Virus record (IMG/VR): IMGVR_UViG_3300031867_004305
Location: 1 to 64,000 of that record
Reading direction: 5' to 3' (one strand)
Origin: a virus
Taxonomy: Duplodnaviria; Caudoviricetes
Length of the DNA: 64,000 nt
Part shown: positions 19,837 through 30,132 of the stretch, one piece after another
Layout of the letters: each line of letters starts with the position of its first letter
How positions within the stretch are numbered: the stretch's first letter is position 1
The notes under the pieces: model-generated
The model's database searches: none
The model's input: the letters and a program-made list of their open reading frames with translations, nothing else
What the model was told of the DNA's origin: nothing
Position numbers and translations under genes: made by a program

Positions 19837-20850
19837 ATGCTATATGGAATAATAGGAATACTTATAATTATTATAATTGTATTATGTGTAAAACTAGGGC
19901 AAAAGATTCCGATTGATAATAAGCAATTAGAAGTTTATAAAAAAGAAATCTCTGAGGCGGAAGGAAAAGTCGAAAAACTTCGATTCCAAAAAGATGAGTT
20001 AACAAAAGATATCAAAACACAAACTGATTTAGTCAGTGAATATAATGATAAAATACTAGAAATCCAAAACAAATATAAAAAAGAACTAAATAAAAAAACA
20101 ACAGATTTAGATTCATATTTTGAAAATCAGAAAACTACACGCCAATCTGAAATGGATACGAACTTTGAAAGGCTATGGCGTGAAAAAGAAGAAAACTTAC
20201 AAGCAAAATATAATCAATTTGAACGCGAAGAATTAGAAAAAGAACATAAATTTCGTCAAGAAATCCAATCTATTATTGACTCCGCCCGCAAAAGTCAAGA
20301 AGATATTTTAGCAGAAACGCAAGCACAACAAGAACGTTTTGAAGGATTATTATTACCTTTAAAACAATATGAAATGGAACAACAGGAACGCCTATTCTAT
20401 ACAATACAAGTCCCTGATGAATATAAAGATGACATCAACTTTTTGATTACCACTGTTTCTCAAAAAGTTCAGCATCCAGATATTATAAATAAATTAGTTT
20501 GGGCTGAATATGTGAAGCCCTATATAGATGGTACTTTCAAACGGGTTGGCATAGAAGATAAACCCGGTATTTATAAAATTACTAATTTAGATAGCGGCAA
20601 ATGCTATATTGGTAAAAGTACTAATGTAAAGAAACGAATCGCTGACCATTTTAAAAGTTCTATTGGTATAAAAACAATTGCTGACCAAGCTGTACATCAT
20701 GAAATATGGAAAACTGGATTTTGGAACTGGACAATTGAAGTAATTATTTATTGTGAGAAAGAACAATTAAATGAATTAGAAAAGTATTATATAGACTTCT
20801 TTAAAAGTCAAGAATTTGGATATAATAAGAATGTTGGTGGTGGCGGATAA
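19837..20850 (+). CDS. Membrane-anchored coiled-coil protein with C-terminal GIY-YIG nuclease domain
   Basis: N-terminal hydrophobic helix, about 160-aa coiled coil, then GIYKITN...CYIGKS...KRIADH...LEKYYI...GYN. Confidence 0.8.
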   Translation: MLYGIIGILIIIIIVLCVKLGQKIPIDNKQLEVYKKEISEAEGKVEKLRFQKDELTKDIKTQTDLVSEYNDKILEIQNKYKKELNKKTTDLDSYFENQKTTRQSEMDTNFERLWREKEENLQAKYNQFEREELEKEHKFRQEIQSIIDSARKSQEDILAETQAQQERFEGLLLPLKQYEMEQQERLFYTIQVPDEYKDDINFLITTVSQKVQHPDIINKLVWAEYVKPYIDGTFKRVGIEDKPGIYKITNLDSGKCYIGKSTNVKKRIADHFKSSIGIKTIADQAVHHEIWKTGFWNWTIEVIIYCEKEQLNELEKYYIDFFKSQEFGYNKNVGGGG

Positions 20851-21143
20851 TGGAAATTATTAAATATGAAGGTAATTTAAAGTATATAGTTATTCTATAT
20901 AAAGAAAAAGATAAATTATATGTTTTATATGCTCTTACAAATGCGTTATTTATAGATAGCGAAAATGAGGAAGTAGATATAGACGATTGCTTTTCTCGTA
21001 TTACAAAATTTGTTTTAAATCGTCATGTTACTGTGCATATTCCTCTTATTGAAAGAGAAAATAATAAAGTATTTTCTATCATTCAAGTAGATAATGAAAA
21101 AGCATATGATTTGATTAAAACAGTAGTGGAGGATTTACTATGA
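20850..21143 (+). CDS. Hypothetical protein
   Basis: 97-aa ORF overlapping both neighbours (translational coupling). Confidence 0.6.
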   Translation: MEIIKYEGNLKYIVILYKEKDKLYVLYALTNALFIDSENEEVDIDDCFSRITKFVLNRHVTVHIPLIERENNKVFSIIQVDNEKAYDLIKTVVEDLL

Positions 21144-21424
21144 CCGAAAAAATTTTTGCTACTGGTTTAACTACAGAGCATGATAATCTAGAATCAATTG
21201 AAGCTGAAACTACAACAGCTATTGAAAACAAATCACAAGAACTACAATTCCATAATCGTGCACAACGCCGTGCATTCGCAAAGAAACTCGGTAAGTCTGG
21301 TCGTGCGAAAATGGGAACTATTTCAGAGACAGCTAAAAAGCTTAATTATATAAATCTAATTGAACAACTACGAGAATTAAATGAAAAGAAGGAGAATGAA
21401 AATTATGAAGCAACTGAAGACTGA
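21140..21424 (+). CDS. Hypothetical protein (NRAQRR motif)
   Basis: GGAGG RBS; overlapping start. Confidence 0.65.
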   Translation: MTEKIFATGLTTEHDNLESIEAETTTAIENKSQELQFHNRAQRRAFAKKLGKSGRAKMGTISETAKKLNYINLIEQLRELNEKKENENYEATED

Positions 21425-21620
21425 AACTCTAATTTTTAAGGTGGATAGCGAACAGCTGGCAATGGATACTATCGAAAAGTATAAGAATGAGCAATCAACA
21501 GAAGGTTATACTCTAACAAAATATAACACCACTTACAAGAGTAAGAAAGATCGCAAGACAGGCGAGATTGTTGATGAATACTGGCTAGTATCAGTAACTA
21601 AAGAATACGAGGTAATGTAA
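21405..21620 (+). CDS. Hypothetical protein
   Basis: AAGGAG RBS about 10 nt before MKQLKTE. Confidence 0.65.
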   Translation: MKQLKTETLIFKVDSEQLAMDTIEKYKNEQSTEGYTLTKYNTTYKSKKDRKTGEIVDEYWLVSVTKEYEVM

Positions 21621-21621
21621 T

Positions 21622-22437
21622 ATGGCAGATATAAATATGAATGACTTTGCAGACATGATATCTAATGATAAAAACTTACAGCCTTTAATGGAAGCTTTAG
21701 AGCAAATTATGTCTATTCCAGAAGAGGCATTAAACGATACTAACATTGAAATTATGTTGGGTATGGTTAATGGTGCTTTTACTGAAAATTTACGTAATGA
21801 GTCAATTGATTCCATTGTTGAAGAATTTGAACGACAAGGACTAACTCGTGCACAAGCGAAGGAAGATATTGAAAACTCTAAGCAGGCTATCAGTGATAGT
21901 ATTGATGAACTACAACCTTCCGCACGCAAGAGACAAATCTTGGATGGTATTTTTTCTGTATTTTACGATGTCTTTGATACAGCTTTAGAAAAGTATCATA
22001 ACTATAACATTGTACTTCCTATCAAGCTGGACGATGGAGCAACAGTTCCTACTTATGCTCATGATACTGATGCGTGTGCTGACCTTTACGCTGCGGATGA
22101 TATGGTTCTTCCCGCCCATACTTTTAGTAATATGGTACGTACTGGGGTACACATTGCTCTTCCAGAAGGTTGGATGGCAATGATTTTCCCACGTTCTAGC
22201 ATTGGTGCTAAGACACAAAATCGTCTATCTAATAGTGTAGGTATTATTGATAGTGAATATCGTGGTCAACTTGGCGTGCTGTATGACAATCTTTCTGATT
22301 CTGACTATGCAATCAAAACTGGAGACCGTGTAGCTCAAATGCTTGTTATGCCTTCTTATAAGTTCAAGGCGAATGTCGTTGATATTCTACCCGCGAGCGA
22401 ACGTGGAGAGGGCGGATTTGGTAGCACGGGAAAGTAA
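21622..22437 (+). CDS. dut: Trimeric dUTPase with an N-terminal acidic extension of about 130 aa
   Basis: ACADL, PRSSIG, GIIDSEYRG, GDRVAQ, RGEGGFGSTG. Confidence 0.92.
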   Translation: MADINMNDFADMISNDKNLQPLMEALEQIMSIPEEALNDTNIEIMLGMVNGAFTENLRNESIDSIVEEFERQGLTRAQAKEDIENSKQAISDSIDELQPSARKRQILDGIFSVFYDVFDTALEKYHNYNIVLPIKLDDGATVPTYAHDTDACADLYAADDMVLPAHTFSNMVRTGVHIALPEGWMAMIFPRSSIGAKTQNRLSNSVGIIDSEYRGQLGVLYDNLSDSDYAIKTGDRVAQMLVMPSYKFKANVVDILPASERGEGGFGSTGK

Positions 22438-22440
22438 AGC

Positions 22441-23184
22441 ATGGCAATAAATCTCTATTCAGTTCAAAACCACCTCTCGGAAGAGGGGTGGCAACTGATT
22501 AGTGATAGTTATAAAAATCTAAATACAGAATTAGAAATGAGGTGTCCAGAAGGTCATACGCAATTTATTAGTTACGGACAATGGAGAAAGCATCCAGTTT
22601 GTGAAGAATGTCTTGCTGGCGACCCTTATAAAGTCAAAAAAAATAAAGTGCCAATCAAAAAGATTGACACATATAGAATACTCGCACTTGACGCCGCGAC
22701 AAAAATCAGTGGCTACTCCATCTATGATGATGGTACTTTGGTAAGTTATGGCACCTACCATGCGGATGAAAGTAAAGAAGCTACTGATAGAATAAATGAA
22801 ATAAAGCACTGGCTTGAAGCCGCGATAGATGCTTGGGAACCTGATTTCGTCGGAGTGGAAAATATACAACTTCAGTCTTTTGGCAGCAATGGAAAATATC
22901 AGGTTGAAATGTATCGTGTGCTTGCTAATTTACAAGGTGTAGTGCTAGATACTTTGTTTGAGAAAGGAATAGAACACGATTTATGCTATTCTAGTGAGTG
23001 GAGAAAATATTGCGGCGTAGGCGATGGAAAAGGACGCGAAAATAAAAAGCGTCAAGCACAAGAAAAAGTTGAATTGTGGTACAAACAAAAATGTACACAA
23101 GATGAAGCCGATGCTATTTGTATCGGTAAGTATTTTTGTAATTATGTGAAAAATAAAAACTCTAGTTGGGGTGAGGATATATGA
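22441..23184 (+). CDS. ruvC: RuvC-like Holliday junction resolvase with N-terminal Zn ribbon
   Basis: ILALDAAT..SGYS, VGVE, WRK, DEADAICIG; CPEGH...CEEC. Confidence 0.8.
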   Translation: MAINLYSVQNHLSEEGWQLISDSYKNLNTELEMRCPEGHTQFISYGQWRKHPVCEECLAGDPYKVKKNKVPIKKIDTYRILALDAATKISGYSIYDDGTLVSYGTYHADESKEATDRINEIKHWLEAAIDAWEPDFVGVENIQLQSFGSNGKYQVEMYRVLANLQGVVLDTLFEKGIEHDLCYSSEWRKYCGVGDGKGRENKKRQAQEKVELWYKQKCTQDEADAICIGKYFCNYVKNKNSSWGEDI

Positions 23185-23570
23185 TTGAACTTACCGTCAA
23201 AGAGGTTATGGAAAGTGTAGGTGTTTTGAATGAAATTATGGAACAACCTTTCCATGGTGCTCTGGCTTTCAAGATTTCCCGTATTATCAGGGAATTGAGA
23301 AAGGAAGTTGAAAGTTTTAACACGGAAAGAGATAAGATTATTCGAGTATTTAGCGAAAAGGATGAAAATGGAAAACCTGTTTTGCTGGAGAATGGAAATA
23401 TAAAGATACGTTCTGATTTAGTAAAGGAATGTAATGATGAATTTGAGAAGTTGCTAAGAACTAGTATCGAGATAAATGCGGAGAAGTTGGATTTGGATGA
23501 ATTGGATGAAATTGAAATTACTCCTAAGAAGATGGAAAGCATTTTGGTATTAGTAGATAATGAAGAATAA
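23181..23570 (+). CDS. Hypothetical phage protein (DUF1617-like)
   Basis: Acidic helical 129-aa ORF; resemblance judged by eye. Confidence 0.55.
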   Translation: MIELTVKEVMESVGVLNEIMEQPFHGALAFKISRIIRELRKEVESFNTERDKIIRVFSEKDENGKPVLLENGNIKIRSDLVKECNDEFEKLLRTSIEINAEKLDLDELDEIEITPKKMESILVLVDNEE

Positions 23571-23612
23571 AAGAAAACCCCTCTTGCGTAAGCAAGAGGG
23601 GTTTCTTTATTT
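23568..23612. terminator. Bidirectional terminator between the convergent replication and morphogenesis arms
   Basis: AAACCCCTCTTGC-GTAA-GCAAGAGGGGTTT flanked by A- and T-rich tracts. Confidence 0.9.
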
Positions 23613-26600
23613 TACGTAGTTTTCCATTTTCTATAACGAACTGTACAATCATGCCAAGAGGTATTGCTATTAGTTTTAAACCATAATACACCATATTCAC
23701 CAGCACGAGACTTAGTTGGCTTTCGTGATCCTATATGTATCTGGAAACGGTTATTATAATTATTATTACCTCGAACAACTAAAAAAGGAGCATCTAAACA
23801 TATAAAACTATCTTTAATGTTGCTAGAACGAGAAACTTCTGGTATCCCACCAGTTTCATCTTCTCCTCCTTCTCCGCCTCCGCCATTTTCTTCTGCTATT
23901 TCAGGGATGCCTACATCTGCGGTTGGTGTAGAACCACTGTTATATGAACTGATAGTCACGCTACCATTGGTACTTAAAGTTATATTATTACTATTATAAA
24001 TGGAGCCTGCGACTCCGCCATTATGTAAAACAACTTGAGGACTATAATCATCTGCATCTTTCGCACTTACAATAACAGCAGCTTCTACTTGTCGAGAATC
24101 AATAGGATAACGCAGACTTATATAACCAGCTACACTCTGTATTTTACCACTAGAATTCAAAGTAATAGAACTAGGAGTTAAATGAATACCGCTAGATTTA
24201 CCTAATTCAAAATCATTAGAACCATTTTTTATATATTCATTTGATTCAATAGAGATTTCACCATTGGCATTTACTTGTATATTAGCAGTACGTGCTAAAA
24301 TTGTTTCTACAGATTCAGTGCCATGATTAGTTGAAGTAATATATCCTAACGCACTCATGCTAATATGTCCATTATCTTGTAAAAGTTGAGTTTTAGAGTT
24401 CAATTTATACAATGCTCCACCAGAAGTTGGATTGCTTGCGGTTCCACCATTACCAAATAAATCATATCCTAATTGTTCCAAACTATCACTGAAATCTTCT
24501 ATATTAGACTCATAATCTTCAAAAAAATCATCAAAATCTAATTCTATATCACTACCATCATCAGGATTTTTAGTGACGATATTCAGACCAGTAGCAGTAA
24601 TATTACCGGTAATATTCAAATCCCCAGTGTCCGCATCAGCATAGAATACTTCCTCATTATCATAATTTCTCAGCGTCAAACCATTCCAACTAATAGAAAC
24701 ACGCTCAACACGCTCTTCAAGAACCTTATAATCAGTACATTCATTATTCAGTATCATCGCACCTACATCCGCAATCAAAAATAATCCATCTTCATTTAAA
24801 GTAACATACTGTGCCGGGTCTACTTCAAAACCTACACCTTCTTCTGTACCATATGCGGCCCAGTCTTGTTTTACTACTTCATAATCTTCTCCCTCTCCGA
24901 ATAAATCAAAATCACTCTTCCAATTCTTATACGCAAATATACCATTATTATTCATCTGGAAACGTAAATCATCCCCAGCAAATAATCTCAAATTATTTGT
25001 ATCTAACTGTCCGGCCGCTAAAGCACTAGTATTCAATCCCGCTGGAGTAAGAATAGACTGCCACTTCCAGTTGCCATCTTCATCTTTTTCAGTAGCACTA
25101 AATAATCCGCCGCCACGCAAAGCAATTACGCCTTCGCTACTAGTAGCTAAAATACCATTAGACTGGTCTATGGTAAGTTTACCACTATTGAACGCATAAT
25201 TTACATTTGACTTATCTATTGATGCCTGGACCACAGTAGGCTTTAATTCACCTGTAGAAGTAAATGCCTGCGAAACAATACCAGAAACATAGGAACTCTT
25301 TTTCATTTGTTCAGTAGAAGCGATAATTTTGGTAAATAAATCTTCAAACTTAGTCTTATAGTTCTTACTTTCTATACTGTCTTCCCAAGGTCTGTCTAAA
25401 TCTAAAACAACTTTTGAAATATAGCCCTGAACATTTCTAAACTTCAATTCAGGGTCATTTATATGCACTATGCGGTTTAGCATCTTATACACTGTTTTTA
25501 TATAGTCTTTCTGAACCAAACCGACATTTAAGTTATAAGAAACTTGTGGTTGAGAACTTTCTTTTAGCACTTCCACCGCATCCAAATAAATCGCAGTATC
25601 GGCATTAGAAATAGTAAATAAAACATCTAATGTACCGCCAATATTTCCTGTTGCATGTTTCGCAGCTTCAGTACTATATTTTACGAAACTTTCCGGTTTG
25701 ATAGTAATGTAGTAGCTATCTGTAGTAGGAATAATGCCGCTATTTCCCAATCCTTCCTTATTTTCCTCAATCTTCGTAAGAATATAATAGTCCTCGTATA
25801 TCTTTAATTCATTACCATCTAAGTTAAGAGAAAACTGATCAGTACTAGTTTTCATAGATAATGACTTTACCATTACACGAGGATATACTATACGATAATT
25901 CTCATTTAATAGAATTGGTTGAACATCTCCAACTAATATATTTTCATTATAAACAATATTACTACCATCCACAGTATGAGTATATCGTGCAATTTTTGCC
26001 TCGTGATTCTGAGCCGAATTCACCATACAATCCAGTTCAGTTGAACTTAATTTTTCCATGCCTGTCAAAAGCAAACCAAACCTTACTTTACTACCGTTTT
26101 GAACAAAAACAGGAAAACATTCTGAATTGATAGTGAATTTACGCAGATTAGCAATGCTAGGGACTTTATTAGTTGTTTCAAGAGTTCCATGTACAAAATC
26201 AAAAAAAGCAAAACTAATATTATCGAGGTCATAAAAAGAACTATCAGTTTTTATAAAATTGTTCATTTTATCTGTCAAATCAACGAAATAATAATACTGT
26301 CGTTGCTGGTTCGATCCGACCTCATAATATAATTTTTGTTCATCATCAAATAAACCGCTATCCCAAATAAAATAATCCAAGCCAGTATTACCATCAACAA
26401 AAAAATCTTGCCCTCCGTTTGGAGCCCTATTTAGAGTAATAGCACTACTAGAAAAACTATCAGTATGTGTATCACCATAATCAGTATAATCATCCGGTTG
26501 CCAATAACCTTCGCGTAGTGCCGGCCCCATCATACGTTGAAAGTTTTCTATTTCTTCTTCTTTTTTAGCAATAAGCTTTTTTTGCTTATCTTCTAAGTTT

Positions 26601-28375
26601 TTGATTTCAAGCTTAATATCCTCAACCGCGGCTTTCGCTCGCACAAGCTCAGCTTCGTCTTTCACTACCCTTTGTTCCCAAACACGGCGAACATTTTCGT
26701 AATAAAGTCTTGGTTGATAGTCGTAAGTTAAATATACGCTATGTCCTCTATTTGGATCATTAGAAGGAAAATAAATTCCTGATATTTTTACTATATTATT
26801 AAATTCATCTCTTATAATCCCATTTGGATGAATAGCAATTAAATCGGTTAAATTATAGCCATCATCAGTATTAATATTATATTCTACATTGCGGTAAATT
26901 TTAATCGTACCATTTACTATACCTTTTTCAGTAAGATTAATATAAAATTTATCTTTACCTATTTCATCAGATGTTTCCTGATATAAAGTCGCTGGTTTAG
27001 GATTAGCATTAGTTACATGTATTACTCCATCTTTATCAACCAAACTATTATACAGCTGATTCGCTTTATCTCGTCTTTCTTTATCAAGCACTACCGCAGT
27101 TTCCGCAGTTGCCAACTTTGCTTCTTCTTCTGGTAGCATAACTGCGAGAGCAGTCAAACGTTCTCCAATAGGAATTAGTTCTTGATTCCATTCTCGCATT
27201 TTTCTTTCATAAGTAGAAACGTAGTTATATCTTTCATCATCAATTGCTCCAATAGAATACAAATAATCAAAATTTAGTACATAATCTTCTAAACTCTTAT
27301 TCGCACCCACATCCATAATAGTAATAAGCCCGCTTGCGGAAACATCACTATCTACCGGCCGCACATACATTTTAGTAACAATATCAGTGCCATCCATTTC
27401 ACGAGAAATAGAAGTTGTATTATATTTATAATTTATGTCAATAGGACCTTTGCCTTCTTCTATAAAGCTATTATAAAACACAATCTTGCGTGCGGTAATC
27501 CTATAATTTTCATCATGCTCATAAATATACTTACAATAAATACCAAAAGTTTCCGCTAAATCTTGCGTCAAATTATAAATATTACTTTCTTCTAAATCTA
27601 CTAAACGCTCTTTTTCTTTATATCCCTCAATATCACCAGGAATAAGACCGTCATTAGTCAATTCCCAAGAAACAACATATTCTTCTTCATATACTTTATC
27701 TCTTTCGCGTGCAACATTTATAACTTCTTGGCTATTTTTATCTCGTTTTGCCATTACAGTATAAGCACCCCAATCCATATCAACGACATAATACCAAATC
27801 GCAGGAGATACTGGGCTATTATTTGTAGGCCAAGGCTTCAAAAACTTATTTAGCCAATACTGCAATGTAGCATGTGGTTCATTTGGTACAAGTAGGTTTC
27901 CACCAACATCAGTAGTTTTATTAAACCACTTTAAATCCTCATCATAGAAATCATCGCTAACAAGAGAGATTTTATATCCTTGTTTACCTAATTCACTAAA
28001 CGCAAGCCCCTCACACTCTACATCACAATATAATTCATCTTTTTCATGACGTTCCGTAACCTTGGTAATAATATATTCAAAAACTTCTTCATCTTCCGTC
28101 CCTTTATTCAAAATCACCTTTATCTTTCGCATATTCACTAAAAGAACTCCATCTCTATAATCATACCAGATGGGGTTCTCTTTTTTTATGCCATCTACAT
28201 TCAAATACATAGGAATGGTAAAAGAAAACTCTTGGGTTCCATCTACATTTAGTTCTAAACTACCATCCTGTATTTGTCCTTTGAACTCTATATTGGCAGG
28301 CTTCAGGACGGTTATAAAATCGTCCTGAAGCGTCCAAACAGAGACTTCATAACTACGAACTTCTTGCTGTGTCAT
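23612..28375 (-). CDS. Large minor tail protein (Tal/tail-spike-like)
   Basis: 1587 aa; N-terminal tail-tip-like region, coiled coils and beta-rich C-terminus; follows the Dit-like gene. Confidence 0.7.
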   Translation of the reverse strand: MTQQEVRSYEVSVWTLQDDFITVLKPANIEFKGQIQDGSLELNVDGTQEFSFTIPMYLNVDGIKKENPIWYDYRDGVLLVNMRKIKVILNKGTEDEEVFEYIITKVTERHEKDELYCDVECEGLAFSELGKQGYKISLVSDDFYDEDLKWFNKTTDVGGNLLVPNEPHATLQYWLNKFLKPWPTNNSPVSPAIWYYVVDMDWGAYTVMAKRDKNSQEVINVARERDKVYEEEYVVSWELTNDGLIPGDIEGYKEKERLVDLEESNIYNLTQDLAETFGIYCKYIYEHDENYRITARKIVFYNSFIEEGKGPIDINYKYNTTSISREMDGTDIVTKMYVRPVDSDVSASGLITIMDVGANKSLEDYVLNFDYLYSIGAIDDERYNYVSTYERKMREWNQELIPIGERLTALAVMLPEEEAKLATAETAVVLDKERRDKANQLYNSLVDKDGVIHVTNANPKPATLYQETSDEIGKDKFYINLTEKGIVNGTIKIYRNVEYNINTDDGYNLTDLIAIHPNGIIRDEFNNIVKISGIYFPSNDPNRGHSVYLTYDYQPRLYYENVRRVWEQRVVKDEAELVRAKAAVEDIKLEIKNLEDKQKKLIAKKEEEIENFQRMMGPALREGYWQPDDYTDYGDTHTDSFSSSAITLNRAPNGGQDFFVDGNTGLDYFIWDSGLFDDEQKLYYEVGSNQQRQYYYFVDLTDKMNNFIKTDSSFYDLDNISFAFFDFVHGTLETTNKVPSIANLRKFTINSECFPVFVQNGSKVRFGLLLTGMEKLSSTELDCMVNSAQNHEAKIARYTHTVDGSNIVYNENILVGDVQPILLNENYRIVYPRVMVKSLSMKTSTDQFSLNLDGNELKIYEDYYILTKIEENKEGLGNSGIIPTTDSYYITIKPESFVKYSTEAAKHATGNIGGTLDVLFTISNADTAIYLDAVEVLKESSQPQVSYNLNVGLVQKDYIKTVYKMLNRIVHINDPELKFRNVQGYISKVVLDLDRPWEDSIESKNYKTKFEDLFTKIIASTEQMKKSSYVSGIVSQAFTSTGELKPTVVQASIDKSNVNYAFNSGKLTIDQSNGILATSSEGVIALRGGGLFSATEKDEDGNWKWQSILTPAGLNTSALAAGQLDTNNLRLFAGDDLRFQMNNNGIFAYKNWKSDFDLFGEGEDYEVVKQDWAAYGTEEGVGFEVDPAQYVTLNEDGLFLIADVGAMILNNECTDYKVLEERVERVSISWNGLTLRNYDNEEVFYADADTGDLNITGNITATGLNIVTKNPDDGSDIELDFDDFFEDYESNIEDFSDSLEQLGYDLFGNGGTASNPTSGGALYKLNSKTQLLQDNGHISMSALGYITSTNHGTESVETILARTANIQVNANGEISIESNEYIKNGSNDFELGKSSGIHLTPSSITLNSSGKIQSVAGYISLRYPIDSRQVEAAVIVSAKDADDYSPQVVLHNGGVAGSIYNSNNITLSTNGSVTISSYNSGSTPTADVGIPEIAEENGGGGEGGEDETGGIPEVSRSSNIKDSFICLDAPFLVVRGNNNYNNRFQIHIGSRKPTKSRAGEYGVLWFKTNSNTSWHDCTVRYRKWKTT

Positions 28376-28395
28376 ATAGTCTCCTCCTTTTACTC

Positions 28396-30126
28396 TTAAT
28401 AATACATATATTTATAGGTAATAAAAATATTAGATAATCCATTTATAGTATTGGTATAAACACGATGACTATAATTTGGATTTTCTTCACTCCAAGGAAG
28501 AATATAACCTTCTTCATTTGGATAATTTCTATCTTCTATTTTTAGGTACTCAGAAATTACCATATCTCCTACGCTTTCTTCTACTTCGGTTATCGTTCCC
28601 CAGCTTTCAAAATTTGTGCTTGTACTTATTGATGTTCCACGCAAACGATATTGCATAGTCCCGGTTGCTTTACCAGTTTTGCAGTCAAAAGTAAAATCAC
28701 TAGTAAGCAAAGTTTCTCCGTCTTCATCGCAAAGAAAATACTTCATTTTATTACAAGCAGTAGCTTGATTGCTAGTAGTATAAGTGCTCGCAGCTCCAAA
28801 AGAGTCTACAACAGCGATAGCCCATTCGCGTGCGGCCTTATGATTTACACCATCACGTATAAACTTTCGCAAATCTACATTACTTATATTAGAATATGAC
28901 TTGAAAATCTTAATAGCCTGATTATAACCATTCCACGCACCAGGAAGTGTATAGCAGAATTTCTGTATCTTATCACTTTCTATAAATAATGTGTCATAAT
29001 TTTCATTATCATTATTTGCTTCAAAATCATTCGCGGGACTATTTATGTAATGAGTTCTTTCATTTATAATGGGTTGAATAGTAAATTTAATAGTGGGATA
29101 TGTAGGTGCAGTACCAGGATAATATAAATGTAGAACCTTATCATTTGGTAAATCTACTGTTTTACCAGAACGCATCAAAGGCCCAACAAATCCATAGGTT
29201 TCATCTTCATTTTGATTTTCAGCATTAGTTTCTGCGTATTCTTCATTAGTACCACTACCGCCGCTGCCATGGCCTGTTCCTTCTGCTTCATCGCTACCTA
29301 CACGTGTAAAACTGGTTTGTGCGAAAACATCACTACCTAAGAAGCTATCAACTTGAAACATTCCACTAACAGGAATGCCATCTTCTAAAATAACTTTTAT
29401 CGCATCTTTATCCTCTAATGGAGACGCATCCTCATTATTTGAGTTAGTCCAAATCTCAGCCCAAGTAGTTCCATATTGTTGTTTTTCAGCCAAAGTTTGT
29501 GGAACACGACCTAATATGTTTGTTTTAGAATACCAAAAAGGTTCGTCCATAACAAATGTAACACTCATCTCACCCTTATATAAAGAAGTGCTGGTTTCAT
29601 ATTCTTCGCCCGCTATCATGGTTGTTGTTTTTTCTTCAAAAGGTAAAAGATAGATAATAGGTGGAGTTGCTACACGAGCCATAACCGCACGATTAGGATG
29701 CTCAGCAAGCACTAATTCACGCATATTTCCAGCAGAAAACCAATGCTTGAAGTCATCTAATTGTTGCTGCGTCATACCATCGGTAGCCAAAGATAGTTCT
29801 AATTGATTTGTAGTGAAATGTGTACCCCAATAAAATTGTCCATCTACAACATCATAGGTAGTAGTTAAATCTTCAAATTCAGCAGAACCAGCACGTTGTA
29901 ATCTGCCATCGGGGAATGTAGCAATTAAACTCCAATCTTCTATCCATCGGCCACCGAAGGAAAAACTGATAAAGGAGCGGTCCATAAAGGACTCACGCTC
30001 CCAATCAGTTCTAGTCACATCAGTTGGGGTGATGTGCGTCAAGCTATAAGTTTGACTGCGGGGCTTAAAAGCCCCGCTAAATTGTTCGTTACCGTATAAT
30101 TCAGTAGGTGTTTTTGGTCTTGGCAT
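28396..30126 (-). CDS. Distal tail (Dit-like) protein
   Basis: Directly after the TMP; ISFSFGG, LVLAEHP, VTFVMDEPFWYS pattern. Confidence 0.65.
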   Translation of the reverse strand: MPRPKTPTELYGNEQFSGAFKPRSQTYSLTHITPTDVTRTDWERESFMDRSFISFSFGGRWIEDWSLIATFPDGRLQRAGSAEFEDLTTTYDVVDGQFYWGTHFTTNQLELSLATDGMTQQQLDDFKHWFSAGNMRELVLAEHPNRAVMARVATPPIIYLLPFEEKTTTMIAGEEYETSTSLYKGEMSVTFVMDEPFWYSKTNILGRVPQTLAEKQQYGTTWAEIWTNSNNEDASPLEDKDAIKVILEDGIPVSGMFQVDSFLGSDVFAQTSFTRVGSDEAEGTGHGSGGSGTNEEYAETNAENQNEDETYGFVGPLMRSGKTVDLPNDKVLHLYYPGTAPTYPTIKFTIQPIINERTHYINSPANDFEANNDNENYDTLFIESDKIQKFCYTLPGAWNGYNQAIKIFKSYSNISNVDLRKFIRDGVNHKAAREWAIAVVDSFGAASTYTTSNQATACNKMKYFLCDEDGETLLTSDFTFDCKTGKATGTMQYRLRGTSISTSTNFESWGTITEVEESVGDMVISEYLKIEDRNYPNEEGYILPWSEENPNYSHRVYTNTINGLSNIFITYKYMYY

Positions 30127-30132
30127 ACTCCT

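Noticed and set aside
23612-28375. Diversity-generating retroelement target or invertible tail-fibre locus
   Set aside because: No reverse transcriptase, invertase or duplicated template region was seen in the window.
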